Assembly: GCA_007695225.1 (NCBI GenBank)
Contig: REED01000076.1
Span: forward strand, 1,309 to 65,308
Source: Gemmatimonadales bacterium
Lineage (GTDB): Bacteria; Gemmatimonadota; Gemmatimonadetes; Longimicrobiales; Gaopeijiaceae
Length of the DNA stretch: 64,000 nucleotides
Direction: 5' to 3'
The position numbers were made by a program, and so were the translations under genes. Numbering within the stretch: the first letter of the stretch is position 1; every line of letters starts with the position of its first letter. The notes under the pieces were generated by a model that had not been told where the DNA came from, searched no databases, and saw only the letters and a list, made by a program, of their open reading frames with translations. Of the stretch, positions 1-7,737 are shown one piece after another.

Positions 1-1245
1 ACCCTGGGGCTGGGCCTGCTCTCACTCACCGGGTGCGATGGGGCCGACCGGGTCCCGGCGCTGGGCGAGGTGACCGCCGCACCTTCTCCTGCCCCTGAGG
101 GGAGTGGCGAGCCCAACCTCTCGGTGGATGAAGAGGGTCGGGTCCACCTCACATGGTTCGAACGGCTCGACGGAGGGGAGGACCACGCGCTTCGGTTTGC
201 GGTCCTGGATCCGCATTCGGAGCGTTGGTCCGCTCCCAGGACCATCGTGGAGGGGCTGGACTTCTTCGTGAACTGGGCCGACTTCCCCTCGATGCTTCCC
301 CTTCCGGGCGGGGACCTGGTCGCCCACTGGCTCCAGCGAAGCGGTCCCGGAACCTTCCACTACGACGTGGTTCTTTCCTGGTCCGGGGACGGAGGCGAGA
401 GCTGGAGCCCGGGGATCCTTCCCCATCGGGACGGAACCCTGAGTGAACACGGTTTCGTGACCCTTCTCCCCTGGGAGGGAGGGGGGCTGGGCGCCGTATG
501 GCTGGATGGCCGGAAGTACGAATCCCAGCCTGACGATCCCGAAATGACGCTCCGCTTCACCACCCTGGGCCCGGACGCCACACCCGAGGCGCTGGGACCC
601 GAGGTTTTGCTGGACGACCGCGTGTGTGATTGCTGCCAGACCTCCGCCGCCCGGACCCGGGACGGCGTGGTGGTGGTCTACCGCGATCGCTCCCCGGAGG
701 AGGTGAGGGACATCTCCATCGTCCGTCTGGAGGACGGCGTCTGGAGCGATCCCGCCCCCGTTCATGAGGATGGCTGGACCATCCCCGCCTGTCCGGTCAA
801 CGGGCCCATGGTGGCGGCGGAAGGAAGGAACGTGGCGGTGGCGTGGTTCACCGCCGAGGGGGATCGGCCCAGGGTGAAGGTGGCCTTCTCCGAGGACGGA
901 GGGCGGACCTTCGATGCGCCCATCCGGGTGGACGACGGGGATCCGGCGGGACGGGTGGCGCTGGTCCTCCTGGACCCCACCGAACCCGGTGAATCGGAGG
1001 ATGTCCTGGTGTCCTGGCTGGAGCGGACGGAGGGGGCGGCGGAGGTGAGGGTCCGCCGGGTCACCGCAGCAGGAGAGCGAAGCGATGCCCGGACCGTGGC
1101 CGTCTCCACCGAGGCCCGGGCCAGCGGCTTTCCCCGGATGGTGCGGGGAGGAGATCGCCTTGTCTTCGCATGGACCGAGGCGGGAGACCCTTCCGGTGCT
1201 TCCTCCCGGGTACGGGTGGCCACCGCCGCGGTGCCCGGGTCATGA
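1..1245 (+). CDS. BNR/Asp-box repeat (sialidase-like) lipoprotein, 5' end cut by window edge
   Basis: Frame 1 is open from nt 1. It begins TLGLGLLSLTGC, the tail of a lipoprotein signal peptide with a lipobox Cys, so the true start is upstream of the window (the ORF-track start at 70 is an internal GTG). Two Asp-box motifs SxDxGxxW/F are present (SWSGDGGESW, FSEDGGRTF). The stop TGA at 1243-1245 overlaps the next ATG. Confidence 0.75.
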   Translation, partial: TLGLGLLSLTGCDGADRVPALGEVTAAPSPAPEGSGEPNLSVDEEGRVHLTWFERLDGGEDHALRFAVLDPHSERWSAPRTIVEGLDFFVNWADFPSMLPLPGGDLVAHWLQRSGPGTFHYDVVLSWSGDGGESWSPGILPHRDGTLSEHGFVTLLPWEGGGLGAVWLDGRKYESQPDDPEMTLRFTTLGPDATPEALGPEVLLDDRVCDCCQTSAARTRDGVVVVYRDRSPEEVRDISIVRLEDGVWSDPAPVHEDGWTIPACPVNGPMVAAEGRNVAVAWFTAEGDRPRVKVAFSEDGGRTFDAPIRVDDGDPAGRVALVLLDPTEPGESEDVLVSWLERTEGAAEVRVRRVTAAGERSDARTVAVSTEARASGFPRMVRGGDRLVFAWTEAGDPSGASSRVRVATAAVPGS

Positions 1246-1820
1246 GTGCTTCGGTAGGGGTGTCGGGATCAAGGCTTGATGCAGGCTGCCGGGCGCGCAG
1301 GACGCTGGCGTTGGCCTTCCTCGTTCCGGCCCTGGCCGGATGCGGCACCGACTTCCGGCCCCCGGCGGCGACGGGACAGCCCGCGCCGGAGTATCGTGCG
1401 GAAACGCTGGACGGGGATTCTTTCGTCCTGGCCGAACTGGCGGGAGAGGTGGTGCTCCTGAACATCTGGGCCACCTGGTGTCCCCCCTGCCGCATGGAGA
1501 TGCCCGAACTCCAGAGCCTCCATCGGGAACTCTTCGAATCCGGACTTCGGGTGATAGGTGTGAGTGTGGACGCCGCCGGGTCGGACCGGGCGGTGCGCAC
1601 ATTCCTCGACGATCTGGGGGTCGACTTCCAGATCGTACGGGATCCGGCGGAGCGGGTTTCCACCACCTTCGGGGCCTACGGCATTCCCCTGACCGTCCTG
1701 GTGGACCGGGAGGGGATCATCCGTTGGCGACACCTGGGGCCCATCACGGCAGACGATCCGGGTCTTCGGGCGGTGCTGGATCAGACCCTGGGCTCGGAAC
1801 GCCCATTGGGAGAGGGTTGA
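1242..1820 (+). CDS. TlpA/ResA-family thiol-disulfide oxidoreductase (thioredoxin fold), probable lipoprotein
   Basis: CxxC active-site motif WATWCPPC. The ATG at 1242 overlaps the upstream stop (ATGA). The N-terminus ...FLVPALAGCG has a lipobox. The ORF-track start at 1170 lies inside the upstream gene. Confidence 0.85.
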   Translation: MSASVGVSGSRLDAGCRARRTLALAFLVPALAGCGTDFRPPAATGQPAPEYRAETLDGDSFVLAELAGEVVLLNIWATWCPPCRMEMPELQSLHRELFESGLRVIGVSVDAAGSDRAVRTFLDDLGVDFQIVRDPAERVSTTFGAYGIPLTVLVDREGIIRWRHLGPITADDPGLRAVLDQTLGSERPLGEG

Positions 1821-1851
1821 GGGAGGAACGCACCCTTCCCCCGACACCTCC

Positions 1852-2043
1852 TCACTCCTCGGCTTGCTGCTCCGACCGCCACATCACCATCTGGCGGGTA
1901 CCGGACGAATTCTCCTCCACCCGGACGGTGAGAATGTCACCCTCCTCGATGCCCAGGTCATCCCGCATGTCCTGCGGGATCGTGATCCGCCCGCCGACGC
2001 CGACGTTCACTTCGCCGTAGTAGCGTGTCCGGAAGATGGCCAT
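1852..2043 (-). CDS. AbrB/MazE/SpoVT-family DNA-binding protein (63 aa)
   Basis: The C-terminal 63 aa of the 209-aa ORF, MAIFRTRYYGEVNVGVGGRITIPQDMRDDLGIEEGDILTV..., match the swapped-hairpin SpoVT/AbrB pattern (G-R-I-T-I-P..., GD.L). The ATG at 2043 is preceded by GGAAGGAG about 6 nt upstream. The rest of the long ORF is antisense to the ABC ATPase gene and Arg/Pro-rich. Confidence 0.7.
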   Translation of the reverse strand: MAIFRTRYYGEVNVGVGGRITIPQDMRDDLGIEEGDILTVRVEENSSGTRQMVMWRSEQQAEE

Positions 2044-2257
2044 CCAGTCTCCTTCCTCGATTGTCCGGGGATGCGTCGATGTTCCGACAGAAGAACAAAT
2101 GTAGATCGAAACCGCGTCTTGAGGCCAGATCAAAGCCTCACCCTCCGGGATCTCCCGGTCCCCAGGGGGGTGGAAGTACGGCTTGAGGTCGGGGTCAGGG
2201 CCCCGGCCCAGCGCCTCGTTCCCGGCTCTGGCCCCCTTCACACGACCCTCGCCATCC

Positions 2258-3244
2258 ATGGACTTCCCCCCGGCCGAGATCGGCCTCTCTCCGCCAACCG
2301 TCCGTCCGGAAGGCCCGGTCAGGGTCGCTCCGGGGTTCGCCGTCCGGCTCGAGGGGGTCTCCAAGAGCTTCGGGGACTTCCGGGCCGTTTCGGATCTGGA
2401 CCTGGAGGTCCCCCGGGGGACGGTGTATGGTCTGCTGGGCCCGAATGGATCGGGAAAGACCACCACCATTCGCATGATCATGGGGATCCTGGGGCCGGAT
2501 CGCGGCCGGGTGCGCCTTTTCGGCGACGACCCCGGACGGACGCGTCGGGAGCGGGTGGGGTACCTCCCCGAGGAACGGGGACTCTACCGGAAGATGAAGG
2601 TCCGGGATCACCTTGTCTTCCTGGCCCGTCTCCGGGGCATCTCCCGCCCCACCGCGACGAAACGGGCGTCGGAATGGCTGGAGCGCCTTGATCTGGGGGC
2701 GTGGAGTCATCGGAGGGTGGAGGACCTGTCGAAGGGGATGCAGCAGAAGGTGCAGTTCGTCGGGACGGTTCTCCACGAACCGGAGCTCCTCGTCCTGGAT
2801 GAGCCCTTTTCCGGATTGGACCCCATCAACCAGGACCTCCTGGAGGCCATCGTCCGGGAGTTCCACGGACGAGGCACCACGATTCTCTTCTCCACCCACC
2901 TCATGGATCAGGCGGAGCGGCTGTGCCAGCGGGTATGCCTCATATCGCGTTCCCGGAAGGTCCTGGACGGGGACCTCCAGGGGTTGAAGCGGGCCCAGCG
3001 GATGGGGGTGGTGGCGGTGGACTTCCAGGGTCCTGCGGACTGGGCGCAGGGACCCGACGTGGAGGGGGTGGAAGAGACCCCTACCGGGCTCCGGCTCCGT
3101 CTCCGACCCGGCGCCGACTCCCAAGGGGTCCTGGCCCGGGCGGTGGGCAGCGGCGCACGGATCACCCGATTCCAGGAGGTGGAGCCCCGCCTTCATGAGA
3201 TCTTCGTTCGCCACACCGGCGACCCGGGCCCGGATTCCCCGTGA
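2258..3244 (+). CDS. ABC transporter ATP-binding protein (ABC-2/NatA-like exporter subunit)
   Basis: Walker A GPNGSGKTT, signature LSKGMQQK, Walker B LLVLDEPFSGLD. Start chosen at ATG 2258 (MDFPP...); an alternative upstream start is at 2183. Confidence 0.9.
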   Translation: MDFPPAEIGLSPPTVRPEGPVRVAPGFAVRLEGVSKSFGDFRAVSDLDLEVPRGTVYGLLGPNGSGKTTTIRMIMGILGPDRGRVRLFGDDPGRTRRERVGYLPEERGLYRKMKVRDHLVFLARLRGISRPTATKRASEWLERLDLGAWSHRRVEDLSKGMQQKVQFVGTVLHEPELLVLDEPFSGLDPINQDLLEAIVREFHGRGTTILFSTHLMDQAERLCQRVCLISRSRKVLDGDLQGLKRAQRMGVVAVDFQGPADWAQGPDVEGVEETPTGLRLRLRPGADSQGVLARAVGSGARITRFQEVEPRLHEIFVRHTGDPGPDSP

Positions 3245-4506
3245 GCGCCCTCTCCACGGTGGTGGGCCGGGAGTACTTCACCCGGGTGCGGAGCAAGCCC
3301 TTCGTCATCGGGACCCTCCTGGCGCCCCTCCTCTTCATGGGCTTCCTTGCCCTTTCGGCATGGCTGGGGACCCGGGCGGCGGACGCGGAACTCCGCATCG
3401 GCGTGGTGGACCGAACGGGTGAGCTCGCGGCAACGCTGATCCCCCGACTGGCGGAAATGGGGTTCCGGGTGGAGGCCCTGACAGCCGAGGAGGTGGGCGA
3501 TCCCCTCGAGGCTGGAGTGCCCCCCCTGGATCGGGTCGCTGCCGGGGAGCTCCGTGGCGTCCTGGTGGTGGACGAGGAGACCCTTCGAAACGGTCGTGCC
3601 GTGTGGTGGGGCGAGGAGGGACCCTCGGCGTTTCGCAGGGTCACCCTCCAGCAGGCGGTGGGCCAGGCAGCCATGGAACACCGATTCCGTGGGGAAGCCG
3701 AGGCGGGGATGGTGAGCCTCCTGGCCGGCGGGTCACTGGAGGTGGTGTTCGTGGGAGAGGAGTCGGACCCGACCCGCGACCTGGCGGGGGTGGTGCTGGG
3801 GGTCGCAGGGGCCTTCATCCTCTACTTCGCCCTTCTGGTCTATGGCGCCATGGTCCTTCGTTCCGTCCTGGAGGAGAAGACGGGGCGAATCGTGGAGGTG
3901 ATCCTCTCGTCGGTCCGGCCCTGGGAGCTGATGCTGGGGAAGATCCTGGGGGTGGGTGCCGTGGGCCTCACCCAGCTCCTCATCTGGGTCGTCTTCGGTG
4001 CTCTCCTCCTCACCCTGGGTGCCGCCGCCCTCCTTCCCTTGGTGGCGGAGACGGGGATCCTGGACCAGGTCCCTGTCTTCCTGCCGGGGTGGGGCCTGGT
4101 GGTCTTCTTCCTGATCTGTTTCTTCCTGGGCTACTTCATCTACGCTTCCATCTTCGCTGCGGTGGGAGCCATGTGCTCCACCGAGGAGGAAGCCCAGCAG
4201 CTCCAGCTCCCCGTGGTGATGGTGGTCCTGGTTCCCTTCCTCTTCCTCCTTCCCGTACTGGAGGATCCGGAATCGAGGTTGGCCACGGTCCTCTCCCTCT
4301 TCCCCCTCTTCTCCCCCATCCTCATGTTCGCCCGGGTCGCAGTGGATGCGGCTCCACCCTGGCAGGCGGGAATCTCGGTGGTGGGGATGGTCGGGGCGCT
4401 GGCGGTGGTGGCCTGGGTGGCGGGCCGAATCTACCGGGTGGGGATTCTCATGCAGGGGAAACGCCCCACTCTTCCGGAACTCTGGAGGTGGGTCCGGGAG
4501 GGGTGA
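3241..4506 (+). CDS. ABC-2 type transporter permease (NatB-like)
   Basis: The GTG at 3241 overlaps the ATPase stop (GTGA). The protein has one N-terminal TM, a large soluble loop, then a block of about 5 TM helices. This is the typical architecture of NatB/ABC-2 permeases paired with the preceding ATPase. Confidence 0.8.
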   Translation: MSALSTVVGREYFTRVRSKPFVIGTLLAPLLFMGFLALSAWLGTRAADAELRIGVVDRTGELAATLIPRLAEMGFRVEALTAEEVGDPLEAGVPPLDRVAAGELRGVLVVDEETLRNGRAVWWGEEGPSAFRRVTLQQAVGQAAMEHRFRGEAEAGMVSLLAGGSLEVVFVGEESDPTRDLAGVVLGVAGAFILYFALLVYGAMVLRSVLEEKTGRIVEVILSSVRPWELMLGKILGVGAVGLTQLLIWVVFGALLLTLGAAALLPLVAETGILDQVPVFLPGWGLVVFFLICFFLGYFIYASIFAAVGAMCSTEEEAQQLQLPVVMVVLVPFLFLLPVLEDPESRLATVLSLFPLFSPILMFARVAVDAAPPWQAGISVVGMVGALAVVAWVAGRIYRVGILMQGKRPTLPELWRWVREG

Positions 4507-4548
4507 CGGTCAGGGTCGCCGATGGATTCCCGGGTGGACCGAAGGGGG

Positions 4549-4845
4549 TCAGGGAAGCATGGATCGGAGGAAGGCCACCAACTGGTGGTCCTCGAGGCGC
4601 CGGGCCTTGTGCACCGCCTCCTCGTAGGAGGGTTCCACGATGATGGGGATGGTGCGGAGCGTCTCCTCTCCTTCGGCGCGGTCTGCCGCGGAGTAGGCCA
4701 GGAGGGCGCGGTAGCGGTCCATGTGACGGGGGTCGTCCTCGAACTCCAGGTAGACGTCCCAGAACCGTCCCACGTGGCTCACGGTGGCCAGATGCTGACC
4801 CGTGGAGGGCAGGGCGTCGTCGGAGGATGGGGTGCCGGTGCTCAT
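4549..4845 (-). CDS. hypothetical protein (98 aa), last gene of the MscS operon
   Basis: In-frame ATG at 4845 (MSTGTPSSDD...). It lies 43 nt downstream of the mscS-like stop on the same strand, and its amino-acid composition is balanced (FWDVYLEFEDDPRHMDRYRALLAY...). I recognise no family. Confidence 0.5.
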   Translation of the reverse strand: MSTGTPSSDDALPSTGQHLATVSHVGRFWDVYLEFEDDPRHMDRYRALLAYSAADRAEGEETLRTIPIIVEPSYEEAVHKARRLEDHQLVAFLRSMLP

Positions 4846-4888
4846 ACCGGTAGGGTACCACAGAGGCCCGGGGGAAGTACAGTCCCCC

Positions 4889-5935
4889 TCATTTCGACTC
4901 CTTCTCCCGGCGGGGATCCTCCTGCCAGGCATCCTCCTGGGCGGGAGGCGGTTCCGCTGCTTCCGTCCCGGGACCTTCTCCTGCGGCACCCTCAGCCGGG
5001 GCCTCCGGTCCCTCCGCGCCTCCCTCCACCGGATCGTCCGCCGTCTCCGGGTCGGGAACCAATCGCAAGGGGAAGGGGCCCGTCGCCTCGCCGGAATAGA
5101 GGCTCAGGTGGGGGAAGGGGATCTCGATCCCTTCCGCGTCGAACCGGGCCTTGATCCGCTCCAGCATGGAGGTCTTCAGAGCGAAAAAGTTCTCGCGGGT
5201 CGCCCAGACGGTGAGGCGGAGGTCCAGGGAGGAGTCACCGTAGGCATCGAAGAAGACCACCGGCTCGGGCTCCATGAGGGAGCGGGGGTTGTCCCGTGCC
5301 ACCTCCAGAAGGAGCGTGCGCACCCTGGGAATGTCCTCCTTGTAGGCGACCCCCACGTTCAGGTCCAGGCGACGGATGGGAAAGCGGGTGATGTTCACCA
5401 CCTCGCTTTTCACCAGCGTCTCGTTGGGGATCCGGATGTACCGGTTGTCGAAGGTCCGGAGCTTCACCGAGAGGGTGTCGATGGAGAGGATGCGTCCCGT
5501 GGTGCTCCCCACCTGGATGACGTCATCTACCTCGAAGGACTTCTCCGCAATGAGGAAGAACCCCGAGATGACATTGGAGACGGAGGTCTGGGAGGCGAAG
5601 CCCACCGCGATCCCCACGATTCCCGCCGCACCCAGGAGAGGGGTGAGGGAGAACTGGAGTTCCTGGAGGGCCGTAACCAGGATGAGGAGGAGGCCAGGAT
5701 AGAGCACCAGCTTCCCGGCCACCAACCCCTGCTGGAGCGAATAGCGCTTTCCCACCACCGCCTGGACCCAGCGAGACACGGCCAGGATCATCGGAATCCC
5801 GATGAAGAGCCAGGCGCCCGCCCGGACCAGGAGGAAGGGGTTCTCGGGCCGGAAGATCCGCTCCCACAACCCCAGTTCCGGGGCCTGGGCGGCCTGGGCC
5901 AGGAGGGCCGCGAGGAGAAAGGGCACGGCACTCAT
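4889..5935 (-). CDS. mechanosensitive ion channel family protein (MscS-like)
   Basis: N-terminal TM helices are followed by the MscS beta-domain pattern FEVDDVIQVGSTTGRILSIDTLSVKLRTFDNRYIRIPNETL. The C-terminus has an acidic/Pro-rich tail. The start ATG overlaps the upstream stop (ATGA at 5932-5935). Confidence 0.9.
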   Translation of the reverse strand: MSAVPFLLAALLAQAAQAPELGLWERIFRPENPFLLVRAGAWLFIGIPMILAVSRWVQAVVGKRYSLQQGLVAGKLVLYPGLLLILVTALQELQFSLTPLLGAAGIVGIAVGFASQTSVSNVISGFFLIAEKSFEVDDVIQVGSTTGRILSIDTLSVKLRTFDNRYIRIPNETLVKSEVVNITRFPIRRLDLNVGVAYKEDIPRVRTLLLEVARDNPRSLMEPEPVVFFDAYGDSSLDLRLTVWATRENFFALKTSMLERIKARFDAEGIEIPFPHLSLYSGEATGPFPLRLVPDPETADDPVEGGAEGPEAPAEGAAGEGPGTEAAEPPPAQEDAWQEDPRREKESK

Positions 5936-6744
5936 GACCCTCCTCCCAGTCCCGGGAAGGCCAGCAACCGGGCGAAGGTACGGGCGGTGAACCCCCGGGA
6001 CACGGGAATCCGGGGGTCGGCCACCCGGATAGCGCCGGAGGCCTCCGGCGGGGGCTTCCCGGTGATCTCGATCTGGCTCCCCTCCGCTTCTCCCTGATAG
6101 CGGACCACCGATTCATCGGCCCAGAGTCCACCCCGGTGGGCGAAGAGGGAGAGATGGGCGACGCGAAAGGCCAGCTTTTCGACCCGGAGATCCGTGCCGG
6201 AGCGATTCACCAGGAGGAGGGGGCAGATGGCCAGATAGGGCTGGATGAGCTCGGCGCGCATCTCCCGCCGGGCGTGCGTGGGAAGCCAGTAGCAGAGGTC
6301 GCCCTCCAGGAAGCTTCCCCACCAGGTGTCGGAGAGGTCCACGGTGGGGACTTCGCTCAGGAGGCTCCGTTCCGGATCGGCCATCTCCACACGGATCCAG
6401 AGGGGGATCCGAACGTAGATCCGGGCCTCGGCTCGGGGGAGGAGGGAGAAAGGAAGCTCCGGCTGGAGGACGACCGAGCGATTCGGGAGAGTCGGTCGAA
6501 GCACCACGCTGCGTCCTTCGCCGGGGACAGCCCATCGGGCCCACTCCACCCCCTCCGGCGGCTCTGGAGTGGGCGTCGCCTCCCCTTCCGGGACGGGAGC
6601 CGAGGCCACCTGGATCTCACGATCCCTGAAGGCGAACCAGTGGTCCCGGGGGCCGATCCGGTGGCGGAGGGTCGTTTCGACGGGGAGTTCCAACCGCCCC
6701 CAGGGGGGAGGAAGAAGGTGGGATCCATCTGAAGGCATGCTCAT
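5932..6744 (-). CDS. hypothetical protein translationally coupled to the MscS-like gene
   Basis: A long ORF with sensible composition whose stop overlaps the mscS start. Start chosen at ATG 6744 (MSMPSDG...). The ORF remains open to ATG 6909, so the N-terminus is uncertain. I recognise no family with confidence. Confidence 0.55.
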   Translation of the reverse strand: MSMPSDGSHLLPPPWGRLELPVETTLRHRIGPRDHWFAFRDREIQVASAPVPEGEATPTPEPPEGVEWARWAVPGEGRSVVLRPTLPNRSVVLQPELPFSLLPRAEARIYVRIPLWIRVEMADPERSLLSEVPTVDLSDTWWGSFLEGDLCYWLPTHARREMRAELIQPYLAICPLLLVNRSGTDLRVEKLAFRVAHLSLFAHRGGLWADESVVRYQGEAEGSQIEITGKPPPEASGAIRVADPRIPVSRGFTARTFARLLAFPGLGGGS

Positions 6745-6948
6745 GCGCCGAATCTGGGATCCCCTTGCTTCCCGGACAACCGGGCCATCCGGGCGAGACT
6801 TCGGCACCCTGAGGCCGGCGACGCCACCGAGCCTGCCCTCCGGATCCGCAATGCCCTGACGGAACGTGAGGGCATACCCAGGGCCACCGAGCACCATTGC
6901 GATAACCATATTCGCTGCAACCGCGGCGCAAATCCGCCGGGAGCGCCG

Positions 6949-6976
6949 TTGACAGGGTGGAGCGAGCCCCGATAAG
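6949..6976 (+). promoter_or_regulatory. candidate sigma-70-type promoter upstream of actA
   Basis: TTGACA (6949-6954), a 16-nt spacer, then GATAAG (6971-6976), about 110 nt upstream of the actA ATG. It sits in a 341-bp divergent intergenic region. Pattern match only. Confidence 0.3.
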
Positions 6977-7085
6977 TTCCGGCCGCGTTTCAGGGAAGGG
7001 TCCCTCTGCGGGGTCCCGCGTGCCTGGTTGCTCCGCAGCCCGTCATCCGCTTTCCTGCCCGAACTCAGACCGAGAAATCACGGTT

Positions 7086-7646
7086 ATGAAGACGAAGTGG
7101 TTCCTTCTCTCGATGGCGACGCTCATGGTTTTCGGAGCCCTGGGCTTCGGCTTGACCCGCAGCGCCGACGGACAGGAAGCTGGAGGTCAGGAGGTGGAGG
7201 AGGCAGCGGAGCCTGAGGTCGGGCCTTCCGGTCAGCCCATCGCCTTCCCCCACAACATCCACGCGGACCAGTACCAGATCGAATGCCAGTACTGCCACTT
7301 CTCCGTGGAACGGGCTTCCGCCGCCGGAATCCCGCCCATGTCGACCTGCATGGGGTGTCATACGGTCATCTCCGGCCAGGAGAACCCCGAGGAGATCACC
7401 CGCCTCCGGGACTACTACAACCGGGGTGAGGCCATCCCCTGGAACCGCATTTACAAGGTGGCGGACCACGTCCAGTTCCCCCACATGCGGCACATCGCCG
7501 GTGGGGTGGATTGCGCCGCCTGTCACGGGAACGTGGCGGAGATGGGTGTGATCCAGGAGGTCAACCAGAACCTCACCATGGGCTGGTGCCTGAATTGCCA
7601 TCTGGAGATGGGTGCTTCGCGAGACTGCACCGTCTGCCACTACTGA
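7086..7646 (+). CDS. actA: Alternative Complex III subunit ActA (pentaheme cytochrome c)
   Basis: Five CxxCH motifs (CQYCH, CMGCH, CAACH, CLNCH, CTVCH) follow an N-terminal signal anchor MKTKWFLLSMATLMVFGALGF. It is the first gene of the actABCDEF order. Confidence 0.9.
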   Translation: MKTKWFLLSMATLMVFGALGFGLTRSADGQEAGGQEVEEAAEPEVGPSGQPIAFPHNIHADQYQIECQYCHFSVERASAAGIPPMSTCMGCHTVISGQENPEEITRLRDYYNRGEAIPWNRIYKVADHVQFPHMRHIAGGVDCAACHGNVAEMGVIQEVNQNLTMGWCLNCHLEMGASRDCTVCHY

Positions 7647-7737
7647 CCACGACCCCCGCCCCGGGGCCTCAGGGCCTGATCGGGGCGGACGTGTTCCGGG
7701 GGCCTCTCCCCGGCGAACGGATCATCGAGGGACGTTC

